This document shows, one piece after another, positions 29,203 through 36,476 of a stretch of DNA of 64,000 nucleotides. Source of the DNA: an uncultured virus (IMG/VR IMGVR_UViG_3300008267_009160). Taxonomy: Duplodnaviria > Heunggongvirae > Uroviricota > Caudoviricetes. Location of the stretch: positions 1 to 64,000 of the IMG/VR virus record IMGVR_UViG_3300008267_009160; one strand, given 5' to 3'. The notes beneath the pieces were generated by a model. That model ran no database searches, had not been told where the DNA came from, and saw only the letters and a list, made by a program, of their open reading frames with translations. Numbering within the stretch: position 1 is the stretch's first letter; each line of letters begins with the position of its first letter. The position numbers and the translations under genes are program-made.

Positions 29203-30111
29203 CTAAAGGCGGGCTCCTACCTTATTTTTTATAATTAACGTATCATTCTGTATATCTGTACAAGCTGTAGGGGTTGGTCCTATCCACCAGGATGCTAAAC
29301 AACTACTGCCAATAGAACCCATAATAGGACCTGTTAGACCGTTACATGGTTTGTATGTGTAAAGTAAATTACAATTAGCATCCCATTGGGCCTGGTGTAG
29401 TAAACCAACAGTATGTCCTGCTTCATGAGATACGCATACTCTAGTTCGTAAAGCATTGTAGCTTAGTGTATTAGTAAATACAAAACACGGAGTATCACTT
29501 CCCCAAAACATACTCCCTACATATGCTACACCTGCTACTCCTGGATATATTTCATTAGAAGTGGTAATTACTACTCTCATTCTTTTTGTTATACTAGCTT
29601 TAAGGTATACGCTTTCATCTGTAGTAACAATTACATTAAATTTAACATAGTCTTTAGATACACTATCTAATATTGTCTGTATATCTGCAGGGTATAATCC
29701 ACTTGGTAAGAGCTGTTTCGGTATACCGTTATTCCAAGATGGGCTGTTTAAGTAGTATCCATCGAAATCTAATAATATAACTGAGCTAGCACCCGGGTTA
29801 TTCCCGTACGGGTATGGATCACAGGCATTACCTATACCATCACCATCAGAATCTAATTGAGTTGAATTTGAAACTTTAGGACAGTTATCATTTATATCAG
29901 GGATACCATCTTTATCAAAATCTCTTAATTTGGTCGATCCTCCGACTCGAGCCATTTCAAACTCTATTCTAGTTTTGAATGAACTATTATCTAGAGGGCC
30001 AAAATCACAAATTTCAACTTTAGGATTACTTGGTTGATTAATTTTCTCTTTAGTACAGGTTGATAGCACTGCTATAAAAAGTATGCAGCAAAGCAATAAT
30101 CTAGTGTTCAT
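29203..30111 (-). CDS. secreted zinc metalloprotease with thrombospondin type-3 repeat
   Basis: Signal peptide; DKDGIPDINDNCP...DGDGIGNACD; HEAGHTVGLLH and PIMG (metzincin-like). Confidence 0.8.
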   Translation of the reverse strand: MNTRLLLCCILFIAVLSTCTKEKINQPSNPKVEICDFGPLDNSSFKTRIEFEMARVGGSTKLRDFDKDGIPDINDNCPKVSNSTQLDSDGDGIGNACDPYPYGNNPGASSVILLDFDGYYLNSPSWNNGIPKQLLPSGLYPADIQTILDSVSKDYVKFNVIVTTDESVYLKASITKRMRVVITTSNEIYPGVAGVAYVGSMFWGSDTPCFVFTNTLSYNALRTRVCVSHEAGHTVGLLHQAQWDANCNLLYTYKPCNGLTGPIMGSIGSSCLASWWIGPTPTACTDIQNDTLIIKNKVGARL

Positions 30112-30161
30112 TATAGTAAGGTTGTACTTATAATTAGTTTACAGCCTTAGCAGGACGTCGA

Positions 30162-30623
30162 TTATTTTTTGCATACTGAATCTGCAGCATAAGTCATCAG
30201 GGGGGAATTTCCTTTGTGTCTCACCTTATACCCCATCCCGGTTACTATACCTACTGCTGAAGTGAGAGCTTGGTTTGATTGGTATTTTGGGTCGGGATTA
30301 ATATCAATATCAATCCAGGTTGCTTTAATGTTTAATTCTGATCTTAGCAGTTCTGCTATTTCAACTGAAAACCAAACTTCGTTTAGTAGCCTTGGTGTGT
30401 TTTCTCTTTCTCTACCTGTGTTAAATTTTGAGAAAAGAACATGAGCTCCTTTTCCGGGCTTGTACAGCCCCACTACCAGGGCGTATACTGTTGTGAGTAA
30501 TCTATTTTGAGAATCGCATCCAATTAAAACTTCAACTCCGGGGTTCCTTTCTGTGTAATCTTTTACGTATTTAACTAGGTCTACTCTCTGCTTAGTGGAG
30601 AGTGTTTTAAACTCTCTTTCCAT
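30162..30623 (-). CDS. RNase H-like YkuK family protein
   Basis: LIGCDSQ, RLLNEVWFS, IDIDINP, YAAD. Confidence 0.78.
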   Translation of the reverse strand: MEREFKTLSTKQRVDLVKYVKDYTERNPGVEVLIGCDSQNRLLTTVYALVVGLYKPGKGAHVLFSKFNTGRERENTPRLLNEVWFSVEIAELLRSELNIKATWIDIDINPDPKYQSNQALTSAVGIVTGMGYKVRHKGNSPLMTYAADSVCKK

Positions 30624-30653
30624 AGTCTTTAATTTTTACGTTTTACCAATCAG

Positions 30654-30725
30654 TAGTCTCACCAAGAATCGAACTTGGATCCACTGCTTAGAAGGCAGTT
30701 GTTCTATCCGTTGAACTATGAGACC
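30654..30725 (-). tRNA. tRNA-Arg(TCT)
   Basis: ACTGC-CTTCTAA-GCAGT; D loop contains GGA (A20). Confidence 0.93.
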
Positions 30726-30731
30726 AAAAAG

Positions 30732-30860
30732 GAAGAGTTGCTAACGAGCTTTGAATCTTACCTACGCACTGTGAGGTATCTCGTCTTCTTTGTTCGCATT
30801 GCCTGTTCATGGTGCACCAATTCCAGGTTGCCGTGCGTGTCAGTGTTATAACAACTCTTC
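30732..30860 (-). ncRNA. candidate structured ncRNA
   Basis: 12-bp closing helix GAAGAGTTGTTA/TAGCAACTCTTC followed by a U-tract; inner helices. Confidence 0.5.
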
Positions 30861-30879
30861 AAATCGTTTCGTTATATTC

Positions 30880-31182
30880 TTATCTATTTTGATCTCCTGC
30901 TTTTTTAATAGCAAGGATTGCTTTATCTACTCTTGAATCAACTTTCTTAGAGAGTTCTTGAATTTTTTGATCTGTACTTTTTGATACACTTCCTAGAGTT
31001 TCTGTTATATCTCTTATATCTTCTCTAAATGCTCTAACTTCATCTCTCATCTTTCTATGATCTATAACTACGTATATAACCGTAACAATCATTATACCTA
31101 AAAGAAACATTGAGATTGGGTGTGGTAGTGATGATACTACTACTTCATCAGAAAAACCAGGAAGTGTTTGTAACAGATACAT
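30880..31182 (-). CDS. membrane-anchored coiled-coil protein
   Basis: TM segment, then VDSRVDK; resembles 27715..28026. Confidence 0.7.
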   Translation of the reverse strand: MYLLQTLPGFSDEVVVSSLPHPISMFLLGIMIVTVIYVVIDHRKMRDEVRAFREDIRDITETLGSVSKSTDQKIQELSKKVDSRVDKAILAIKKAGDQNR

Positions 31183-31211
31183 AATCTTTAATTTTTGGTT
31201 TATAAAAAGGT

Positions 31212-31359
31212 ATAGTACACTCTTAATATTGACTCCGACTCTTTTTCAAGCCAGCACCTCCGAAATGACGCTGACGTTGGGATAGGAGAGTCTAACCTTT
31301 TTTCAAAGTTAAACAATAGAATTGAACTATAACACAACTCTATATCGAAAGCATACTAT
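31212..31359 (-). ncRNA. candidate multibranch ncRNA/leader
   Basis: 11-bp closing helix ATAGTATGCTT/GAGTGTACTAT enclosing three hairpins; U-tract after. Confidence 0.45.
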
Positions 31360-31361
31360 TG

Positions 31362-31432
31362 TGGATGATACTGGAATCGAACCAGCGCTTCAAGAGTCGG
31401 AGTCTCGCGTCCTGCCATTAGACGAATCACCC
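31362..31432 (-). tRNA. tRNA with CCG (Arg) anticodon and atypical identity elements
   Basis: GGGTGAT/ATCATCC-A acceptor (G3:U70), CGAGA-CTCCGAC-TCTTG, C20 rather than A20. Confidence 0.85.
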
Positions 31433-31457
31433 ATCAGATCTGAAAAGATCTTTTCTG

Positions 31458-31531
31458 TTGACCCTGCTGGACTCGAACCAGCTACCCGCAGATTATGAGT
31501 CTGCTGCTCTAACCTGGTGAGCTAAGGGTCA
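31458..31531 (-). tRNA. tRNA-Met or Ile2 (CAT)
   Basis: GCAGA-CTCATAA-TCTGC; canonical arms; not initiator-type. Confidence 0.9.
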
Positions 31532-31556
31532 CTGTTAATATTTTAAATATAGTGAC

Positions 31557-31568
31557 TATTTATAAATA
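31557..31568. promoter_or_regulatory. palindromic TATTTATAAATA, candidate bidirectional promoter element
   Basis: Lies between the divergent tRNA (minus) and holin-like (plus) genes. Confidence 0.5.
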
Positions 31569-31608
31569 TACAAACGGTTTCAGTATCTTTAACTTAAATT
31601 TTTAAAAC

Positions 31609-31776
31609 ATGAAAGAACAAGTATTAGGCCTAGTAAGACACGCTTTAACTTTTGTCGGCGGTATTATCGTCGCTAAAGGACTTCTTGACGAGGCTCTTTT
31701 TCAAGAAGTACTCGGCGGAGTTATGACTCTAGTCGGTGCTGTTTGGTCAATTGCTTCTAAGAAGAAAGCAGCTTAA
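31609..31776 (+). CDS. small two-TM holin-like protein (55 aa)
   Basis: Hand-translated MKEQVLGLVRHALTFVGGIIVAKGLLDEALFQEVLGGVMTLVGAVWSIASKKKAA; below ORF-track cutoff. Confidence 0.8.
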   Translation: MKEQVLGLVRHALTFVGGIIVAKGLLDEALFQEVLGGVMTLVGAVWSIASKKKAA

Positions 31777-31800
31777 TCTAACTGTTCTCACTTTTTAATG

Positions 31801-31826
31801 AGCCGGCTTTATGCCGGCTTTTTTTT
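31801..31826 (+). terminator. intrinsic terminator
   Basis: AGCCGGC-TTTAT-GCCGGCT-TTTTTTT. Confidence 0.85.
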
Positions 31827-31827
31827 G

Positions 31828-31899
31828 TACTCGGTACGGGAATCGAACCCGTATCTTATCCGTGAAAGGGATACGTCCTAACCGTTAGACGAACTGAGC
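31828..31899 (-). tRNA. tRNA-Glu(TTC)
   Basis: TATCC-CTTTCAC-GGATA. Confidence 0.93.
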
Positions 31900-31902
31900 G
31901 TG

Positions 31903-31973
31903 TTACTCCGACTGGGCTCGAACCAGGAACTGCAGAATCAAAATCTGTCGTGTTACCATTACACCACGGAGCA
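31903..31973 (-). tRNA. tRNA-Gln(TTG)
   Basis: ACAGA-TTTTGAT-TCTGC; U1-A72. Confidence 0.92.
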
Positions 31974-31979
31974 ATGTAG

Positions 31980-32051
31980 TAGAGTAGACAGGGCTCGAAC
32001 CTGCACGCACTTGCTCCCAAAGCAAGGGACCTACCATTGGTCAACTACTCT
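31980..32051 (-). tRNA. tRNA-Pro(TGG)
   Basis: CTTGC-TTTGGGA-GCAAG. Confidence 0.88.
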
Positions 32052-32056
32052 ATTAG

Positions 32057-32128
32057 AGCTCCCATCCGGAATCGAACCGAATTATCTTGATTACAAGTCA
32101 AGTGCATCGCCTGCAATGCTTTGGGAGC
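32057..32128 (-). tRNA. tRNA-Thr(TGT)
   Basis: CTTGA-CTTGTAA-TCAAG. Confidence 0.9.
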
Positions 32129-32134
32129 TGTTAG

Positions 32135-32207
32135 CGCGGATGGTAGGACTCGAACCTACAACCTTCGGTTTTGGAGACCGCAACTCTACCAATTGAGCTA
32201 CACCCAC
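32135..32207 (-). tRNA. tRNA-Trp(CCA)
   Basis: GCGGT-CTCCAAA-ACCGA; G73. Confidence 0.92.
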
Positions 32208-32211
32208 GTTT

Positions 32212-32715
32212 CTACTTATTCAATATGTCAATGATCTTCTTCTTTATACCAGCTTCTTTCAGACCCTGGTTATCTTTAGTTCTAACAAACTTATCCCTTG
32301 CATCTCCCTTGTCTAATAGGTCTTTTAAGTCTAAGTCGTCTAGAATAACAAACTGTTTTAAATCAAAGTGATTAATGAAATCCAGCACTTCATTTGCTCG
32401 GTTTTTTTCGAGCCAAGAAAAGCTTACAGGTTTATTCTTTGTAACAGATCTTGGCATTTTATTAATACCGTTATGCTTAAAGATTTCAGCTAACTGAACT
32501 AATCCCCAATGGTGCCTCCAATCAGAACTTACTACAATCTCTGCTTCTGTTTCTTCTACTATTTCGTTTAGGATCTTAACGCATTTCTCATCGAAAGGAT
32601 AAGGTACTCCGAGTTCTTTTGCCCATTCGTATTTTTTCCAAAAGTTAACTCTATTCCTCATAAATTGCTCTTCTGTTGCTACTACTCCGTCGATGTCTAA
32701 AAAAATTACTTTCAT
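32212..32715 (-). CDS. HAD-family phosphatase (HAD_SAK_2, RNA-repair-associated type)
   Basis: IFLDIDGV, IVVSSDWR, FVILDDLD. Confidence 0.82.
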   Translation of the reverse strand: MKVIFLDIDGVVATEEQFMRNRVNFWKKYEWAKELGVPYPFDEKCVKILNEIVEETEAEIVVSSDWRHHWGLVQLAEIFKHNGINKMPRSVTKNKPVSFSWLEKNRANEVLDFINHFDLKQFVILDDLDLKDLLDKGDARDKFVRTKDNQGLKEAGIKKKIIDILNK

Positions 32716-32729
32716 ATACTTCAGTTAAT

Positions 32730-32761
32730 AAAAAAGCCCCAGATTTTTATATCCAGGGCTC
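32730..32761 (-). terminator. intrinsic terminator (attenuator) upstream of the HAD-tRNA operon
   Basis: GAGCCCTGGAT-ATAAAA-ATCTGGGGCT-TTTTT ending 15 nt before the HAD ATG. Confidence 0.82.
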
Positions 32762-32787
32762 TTTGTAAATTCTTATATTGGTAAAAG

Positions 32788-32868
32788 TTATCTTACAATA
32801 CATGCCCTGTTGCTTACTGGTTCTTGCCAGCTAGTCGTGGGGGTTGTGTATGTGTTAGATATCTTCAT
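32788..32868 (-). CDS. putative attenuator leader peptide (26 aa)
   Basis: MKISNTYTTPTTSWQEPVSNRACIVR; contains CAGGGC complementary to the terminator 5' arm. Confidence 0.7.
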   Translation of the reverse strand: MKISNTYTTPTTSWQEPVSNRACIVR

Positions 32869-32882
32869 ATGATTGTTACTTG

Positions 32883-32890
32883 TATAAATA
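32883..32890 (-). promoter_or_regulatory. TATTTATA promoter-like element
   Basis: 14 nt upstream of the leader ATG; the same motif precedes other genes. Confidence 0.5.
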
Positions 32891-32908
32891 CACTTGATAA
32901 ATAAAAAA

Positions 32909-33778
32909 CGACCTGAGACTACAGTCTTTATGTTAACTCTTTTGCAGCATTATTGATTCTCTGCTTGTCCAGTACCTTTTGAGCACTATGTTAACAATGC
33001 CGGTTGTTAGGTCAACCACCCCTTGAGGTGCTTTTATTGTGGTCTACTCTCTTCTTACTCTAACCGTTCTACCCTGCCGGGCAGATAAGTCCTTGCGGGA
33101 CTACGATCTTTTCATAAGAATCATTATTGGCTTGCGACCTTTAATGGCAATGGACAACCCATTACTGTGTAGGCATCTTTCGACCGCACCTGGCAAGCGC
33201 TTAAGCTTATTATGTTATTGTAATTTTGCAATCCAATGCAAATAAGTTTGACTTGTGGATTATAGAAGTAGTGGCTTGCCCTGAGCCTGCTCAGCTTTTG
33301 GCCGAGTTGATACTCAACTACTCCTTGAGATGTCCCCATCTCGGTTAACTTTAGACTACTTCATTACAACACCTTGGTAGGTAATCGTAAAGGATATTAG
33401 CAGCACCACCTGTTCTACATCTTACCTTTCGGTTTTAAGTACCCTTTCAGTTCTGGGCGTCGCAATAATATGGTTGGATAAACTATATGTCTTGCATGCA
33501 CCCTTCGGGTTAATCTTATTGCTCTTCCGAGCTCAACCAAACGACCCACATCGCTTAGTCTACCAACCACTTTCCCTACAGTGTTACCCTCAGTACTAAA
33601 GGTCAGTAGATATCCCGATTGCATACTCGAGCTCCTTCCGAAAGGAGCCGCAGATCCACTCAGTCAAATGAATCCACTTTATACCGGTTTCCCGGTTTAT
33701 TTAACGACTATATGCCGCCGACTGCTATTTACTACCGATCTTACTCTCGCAAGCGATTTCAGACCTTCGAAGGGATAA
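32909..33778 (-). ncRNA. large structured ncRNA, probably GOLLD
   Basis: About 870 nt, GC-richer, no credible ORF; many GNRA/UUCG hairpins; next to phage tRNAs; own promoter and 3' U-tract; family call from memory, not a search. Confidence 0.65.
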
Positions 33779-33822
33779 CAGTATGTCAAAGAACTTCTGT
33801 TGTTATCTTCTTATCTATAAAT

Positions 33823-33856
33823 TAAAGATAGCTTCTTTAATTCAGACTAACAACTT
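33823..33856 (-). promoter_or_regulatory. Bacteroidota-type promoter for the large ncRNA
   Basis: AAGTTG-N20-TATCTTTA; boxA-like GTTCTTTGACATA at 33782-33794. Confidence 0.65.
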
Positions 33857-33872
33857 TTTTTTAATTTTTTTT

Positions 33873-35519
33873 TTAAAAACCCATTCCCATATCCATCATC
33901 CCAGATCCTTCCTTCTTTTCTTCTTTCTTGTTAAAGATTACGGATTCGGTTGTAAGGATCGTACCAGCCACAGAAGCAGCATTCTCGATCGCAATACGCA
34001 CTACCTTGGTCGGATCAAGCAATCCAGCTTCGAAAGCATCGACTACTTTACCAGCTTTGGCATCGTAGGTGCTGTTACTTAATCCGGACTGCATTACTTC
34101 TGTTGCAATTTCATGCCAGTTCTCAATACCTGCGTTAGCAAGGATTCTAACAAAAGGAGCTTTACATGCTCTTAGTAGAATTTGTTTACCGATATCTTCA
34201 CTGTAATCGCTACCAAGAGTAATATTGTCAACAGCTTTATTAACTGCTTTATACAGAGCAATACCTCCGCCTGATACGATTCCTTCATCAAGAGCTGCTC
34301 GGGTAGCAAATAGTGCATCCTCTACTCTATCTTTCTTTTCTTTTATTTCAAGTTCACTATTACCTCCAACTGAGATTACTGCTACACCTCCGACAAGCTT
34401 TCCGAGCCTCTCTTGTAGTTTTTCTTTGTCGTAGAAGGAAGCTGCTTTTTCGATCTGATCTTTAATGTCTAAAGCTCTTTGCTGAATAGCTTCTTTACTT
34501 CCAACTCCATCAACAATTGTTGTTTTTTCTTTTTCAACTGTTACAGTTCTAGCTTTACCTAAATACTGTTCAAGTACATTGGCGTTAATTTTATCTAGCT
34601 TATGTCCTTTATCTTTAGACAGTACTTGACCGCCTGTAATGATTGCTAGATCTTCAAGTGCTAAGGTTCTTCTTTCTCCGAACTCCGGTGCTTTTACTGC
34701 AACACCTCTTACAATACCTCTTGCTTTATTCACAATTAGGGTAGCTAGAGCTTCTCCGTCTATGTCTTCCGCAACAATTAAGAGAGGTTTATTCTCTGCA
34801 TTAGCTTTAGTCATTACAGGGAGTAATTCAGCTGCTGTTGTAATACGGCCGTCGTACATAAAAATATACGCATCTTCAAGAACAGCTTGCATAGTGTTAT
34901 TGTTCGTCACAAAGTAAGGAGATTTGTATCCTCTATCAAATTGCATACCTTCTACTGTCTCTAATTCAGTTTCACCGGTCTTACTCTCCTCGATAGCAAC
35001 TACTCCATCACGTCCAACTTTTTCAAGAGCTGTTGCGATTAAGTTTCCAATCATCTCATCGTTATTACCTGAGATAGTTGCAACTTGTTTAATCTGCTCT
35101 TCGGTATCTAGTTCTTTAGAGACTTCTTTTAGTGCAGCTACAATCTCTTTTACTGCTTTATCTATACCTCTTTTAACTGCAACAGGACTTACTCCCTGGT
35201 TAATTGCTTTCAAACCTTCTTCTACAATAGTTGCGGCAAGGAGAGTAGAAGTTGTTGTACCGTCTCCAGCTTCATTAGCTGACTTGATGGATACTTGTTT
35301 AACAAGTTGAGCACCGATATTTTCAACCTCGTCTTCGATTTGCGAGAAAGCCTTCGCAACAGTAACGCCGTCTTTAGTAACTTTAATTCCATTTACGTTA
35401 TCTTCAATTAATACTGTTCTACCACCAGGTCCTAGTGTTGATGAAACACTGTTGTTTAATTTCTGGATTCCTTTTAGTAGTTTGTTTTTTAATTCAATTC
35501 CAAATAAGCTGTCAACCAT
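33873..35519 (-). CDS. groEL: chaperonin GroEL
   Basis: TLGPGGR, VTKDGVTVAK, AGDGTTT, GMQFDRGY, GSGMMDMGMGF tail. Confidence 0.97.
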   Translation of the reverse strand: MVDSLFGIELKNKLLKGIQKLNNSVSSTLGPGGRTVLIEDNVNGIKVTKDGVTVAKAFSQIEDEVENIGAQLVKQVSIKSANEAGDGTTTSTLLAATIVEEGLKAINQGVSPVAVKRGIDKAVKEIVAALKEVSKELDTEEQIKQVATISGNNDEMIGNLIATALEKVGRDGVVAIEESKTGETELETVEGMQFDRGYKSPYFVTNNNTMQAVLEDAYIFMYDGRITTAAELLPVMTKANAENKPLLIVAEDIDGEALATLIVNKARGIVRGVAVKAPEFGERRTLALEDLAIITGGQVLSKDKGHKLDKINANVLEQYLGKARTVTVEKEKTTIVDGVGSKEAIQQRALDIKDQIEKAASFYDKEKLQERLGKLVGGVAVISVGGNSELEIKEKKDRVEDALFATRAALDEGIVSGGGIALYKAVNKAVDNITLGSDYSEDIGKQILLRACKAPFVRILANAGIENWHEIATEVMQSGLSNSTYDAKAGKVVDAFEAGLLDPTKVVRIAIENAASVAGTILTTESVIFNKKEEKKEGSGMMDMGMGF

Positions 35520-35531
35520 TTTTTATAAATT

Positions 35532-35828
35532 TTAATTTTCTGAAACAATGCCGATTACTTCTACAGTTTTACAGAGGAAATACTCATCACCTCCTAGTGT
35601 AACTCTCATACTACCTACTTTAGGAATAAGCAATTTGTCACCTACGTCGAACTTTGTTTGAACAAATTGACCGGTTTGAAAGTTATAAAAATCACTATAC
35701 GCGATTACTTCGCCAATAGCTGGTTTTTCTTTTCCTAGATCAGGAATAATAATGTTGCCTGCAAGGATCTCTTCCTCTTCTACAGGCTTGAGCAAAACGT
35801 ATCCGTTTAGCGGTTTTAATACACTCAT
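35532..35828 (-). CDS. groES: co-chaperonin GroES
   Basis: LKPLNGYVLL, AGNIIIPD.GKEKP; adjacent to groEL. Confidence 0.92.
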   Translation of the reverse strand: MSVLKPLNGYVLLKPVEEEEILAGNIIIPDLGKEKPAIGEVIAYSDFYNFQTGQFVQTKFDVGDKLLIPKVGSMRVTLGGDEYFLCKTVEVIGIVSEN

Positions 35829-35852
35829 ACTTTTATTTTTAATATAGTAAAA

Positions 35853-36044
35853 TTATTTCAGTTCTTCAACTATTTCTAACTCGGGAATAAGCTCTACAAA
35901 GTATATCATATCTTCCTTTCTCAAAGCCACGTCAGCACCTGTAAAGTATTTCCAGGCTTCAATATTAGGGTTATACTCTGCTTTAACTTTCTTTTTAAGA
36001 ATGTAGAGCTTGTCGTCGAACTTTATAAACTCGTTTCTAAACAT
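35853..36044 (-). CDS. hypothetical protein
   Basis: 63-aa ORF between hsp20 and groES. Confidence 0.6.
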   Translation of the reverse strand: MFRNEFIKFDDKLYILKKKVKAEYNPNIEAWKYFTGADVALRKEDMIYFVELIPELEIVEELK

Positions 36045-36074
36045 AGAGATAATGACAGGTCTTTTATGTGTAAC

Positions 36075-36476
36075 TTATTGTATTTGTACTTTCTTAGGTG
36101 CTCTCTCTTCAGCAAAAGGAATAGTTAATGTTAATAATCCTTTCTCTAGCTTTGCTTCAATTTTGCCAAGATCAAATTTAGTAGCTATTTTCCAAGCTAG
36201 GTCAAAAGAGCTTTTTTTAATTCCTCTGTAAATAGCAGTTTTTTCGTCGTCGGGTTTTTTATACCTAATACGGAGAATATCTCCTTCAGTTAAAATTTCA
36301 ATTTCCTCTTTATCGAGGCCTACTGCTGCTACTTCAATTGCAATACCTGTCGGTGTTTCGTAGATGTCTGTGGGATGGGAAACTTTCTGGTTAATTCCAG
36401 AAAAGTGGTTTGAGTCTTTAAACAGATCCTTCCATAGAAGGTCGAATTCGTCCAGTGTGAATGGTTTAAACGTCAT
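36075..36476 (-). CDS. small heat-shock protein (Hsp20)
   Basis: PTDIYE, EVAAVGLDKEEIEI, AKLEKGLLTLTIP. Confidence 0.92.
   Translation of the reverse strand: MTFKPFTLDEFDLLWKDLFKDSNHFSGINQKVSHPTDIYETPTGIAIEVAAVGLDKEEIEILTEGDILRIRYKKPDDEKTAIYRGIKKSSFDLAWKIATKFDLGKIEAKLEKGLLTLTIPFAEERAPKKVQIQ

Noticed and set aside
31856..32196. ORFs 31856..32044 (-) and 31900..32196 (+)
   Set aside because: They overlap clear tRNA genes.
27598..32207. Stop-codon recoding or suppressor tRNA
   Set aside because: Long genes are intact in code 11, TAG and TGA end genes, and the TAA/TAG anticodons belong to ordinary Leu tRNAs.
33039..33825. Several 65-71 aa ORFs on both strands
   Set aside because: They lie within the large structured RNA, have atypical composition and overlap each other.
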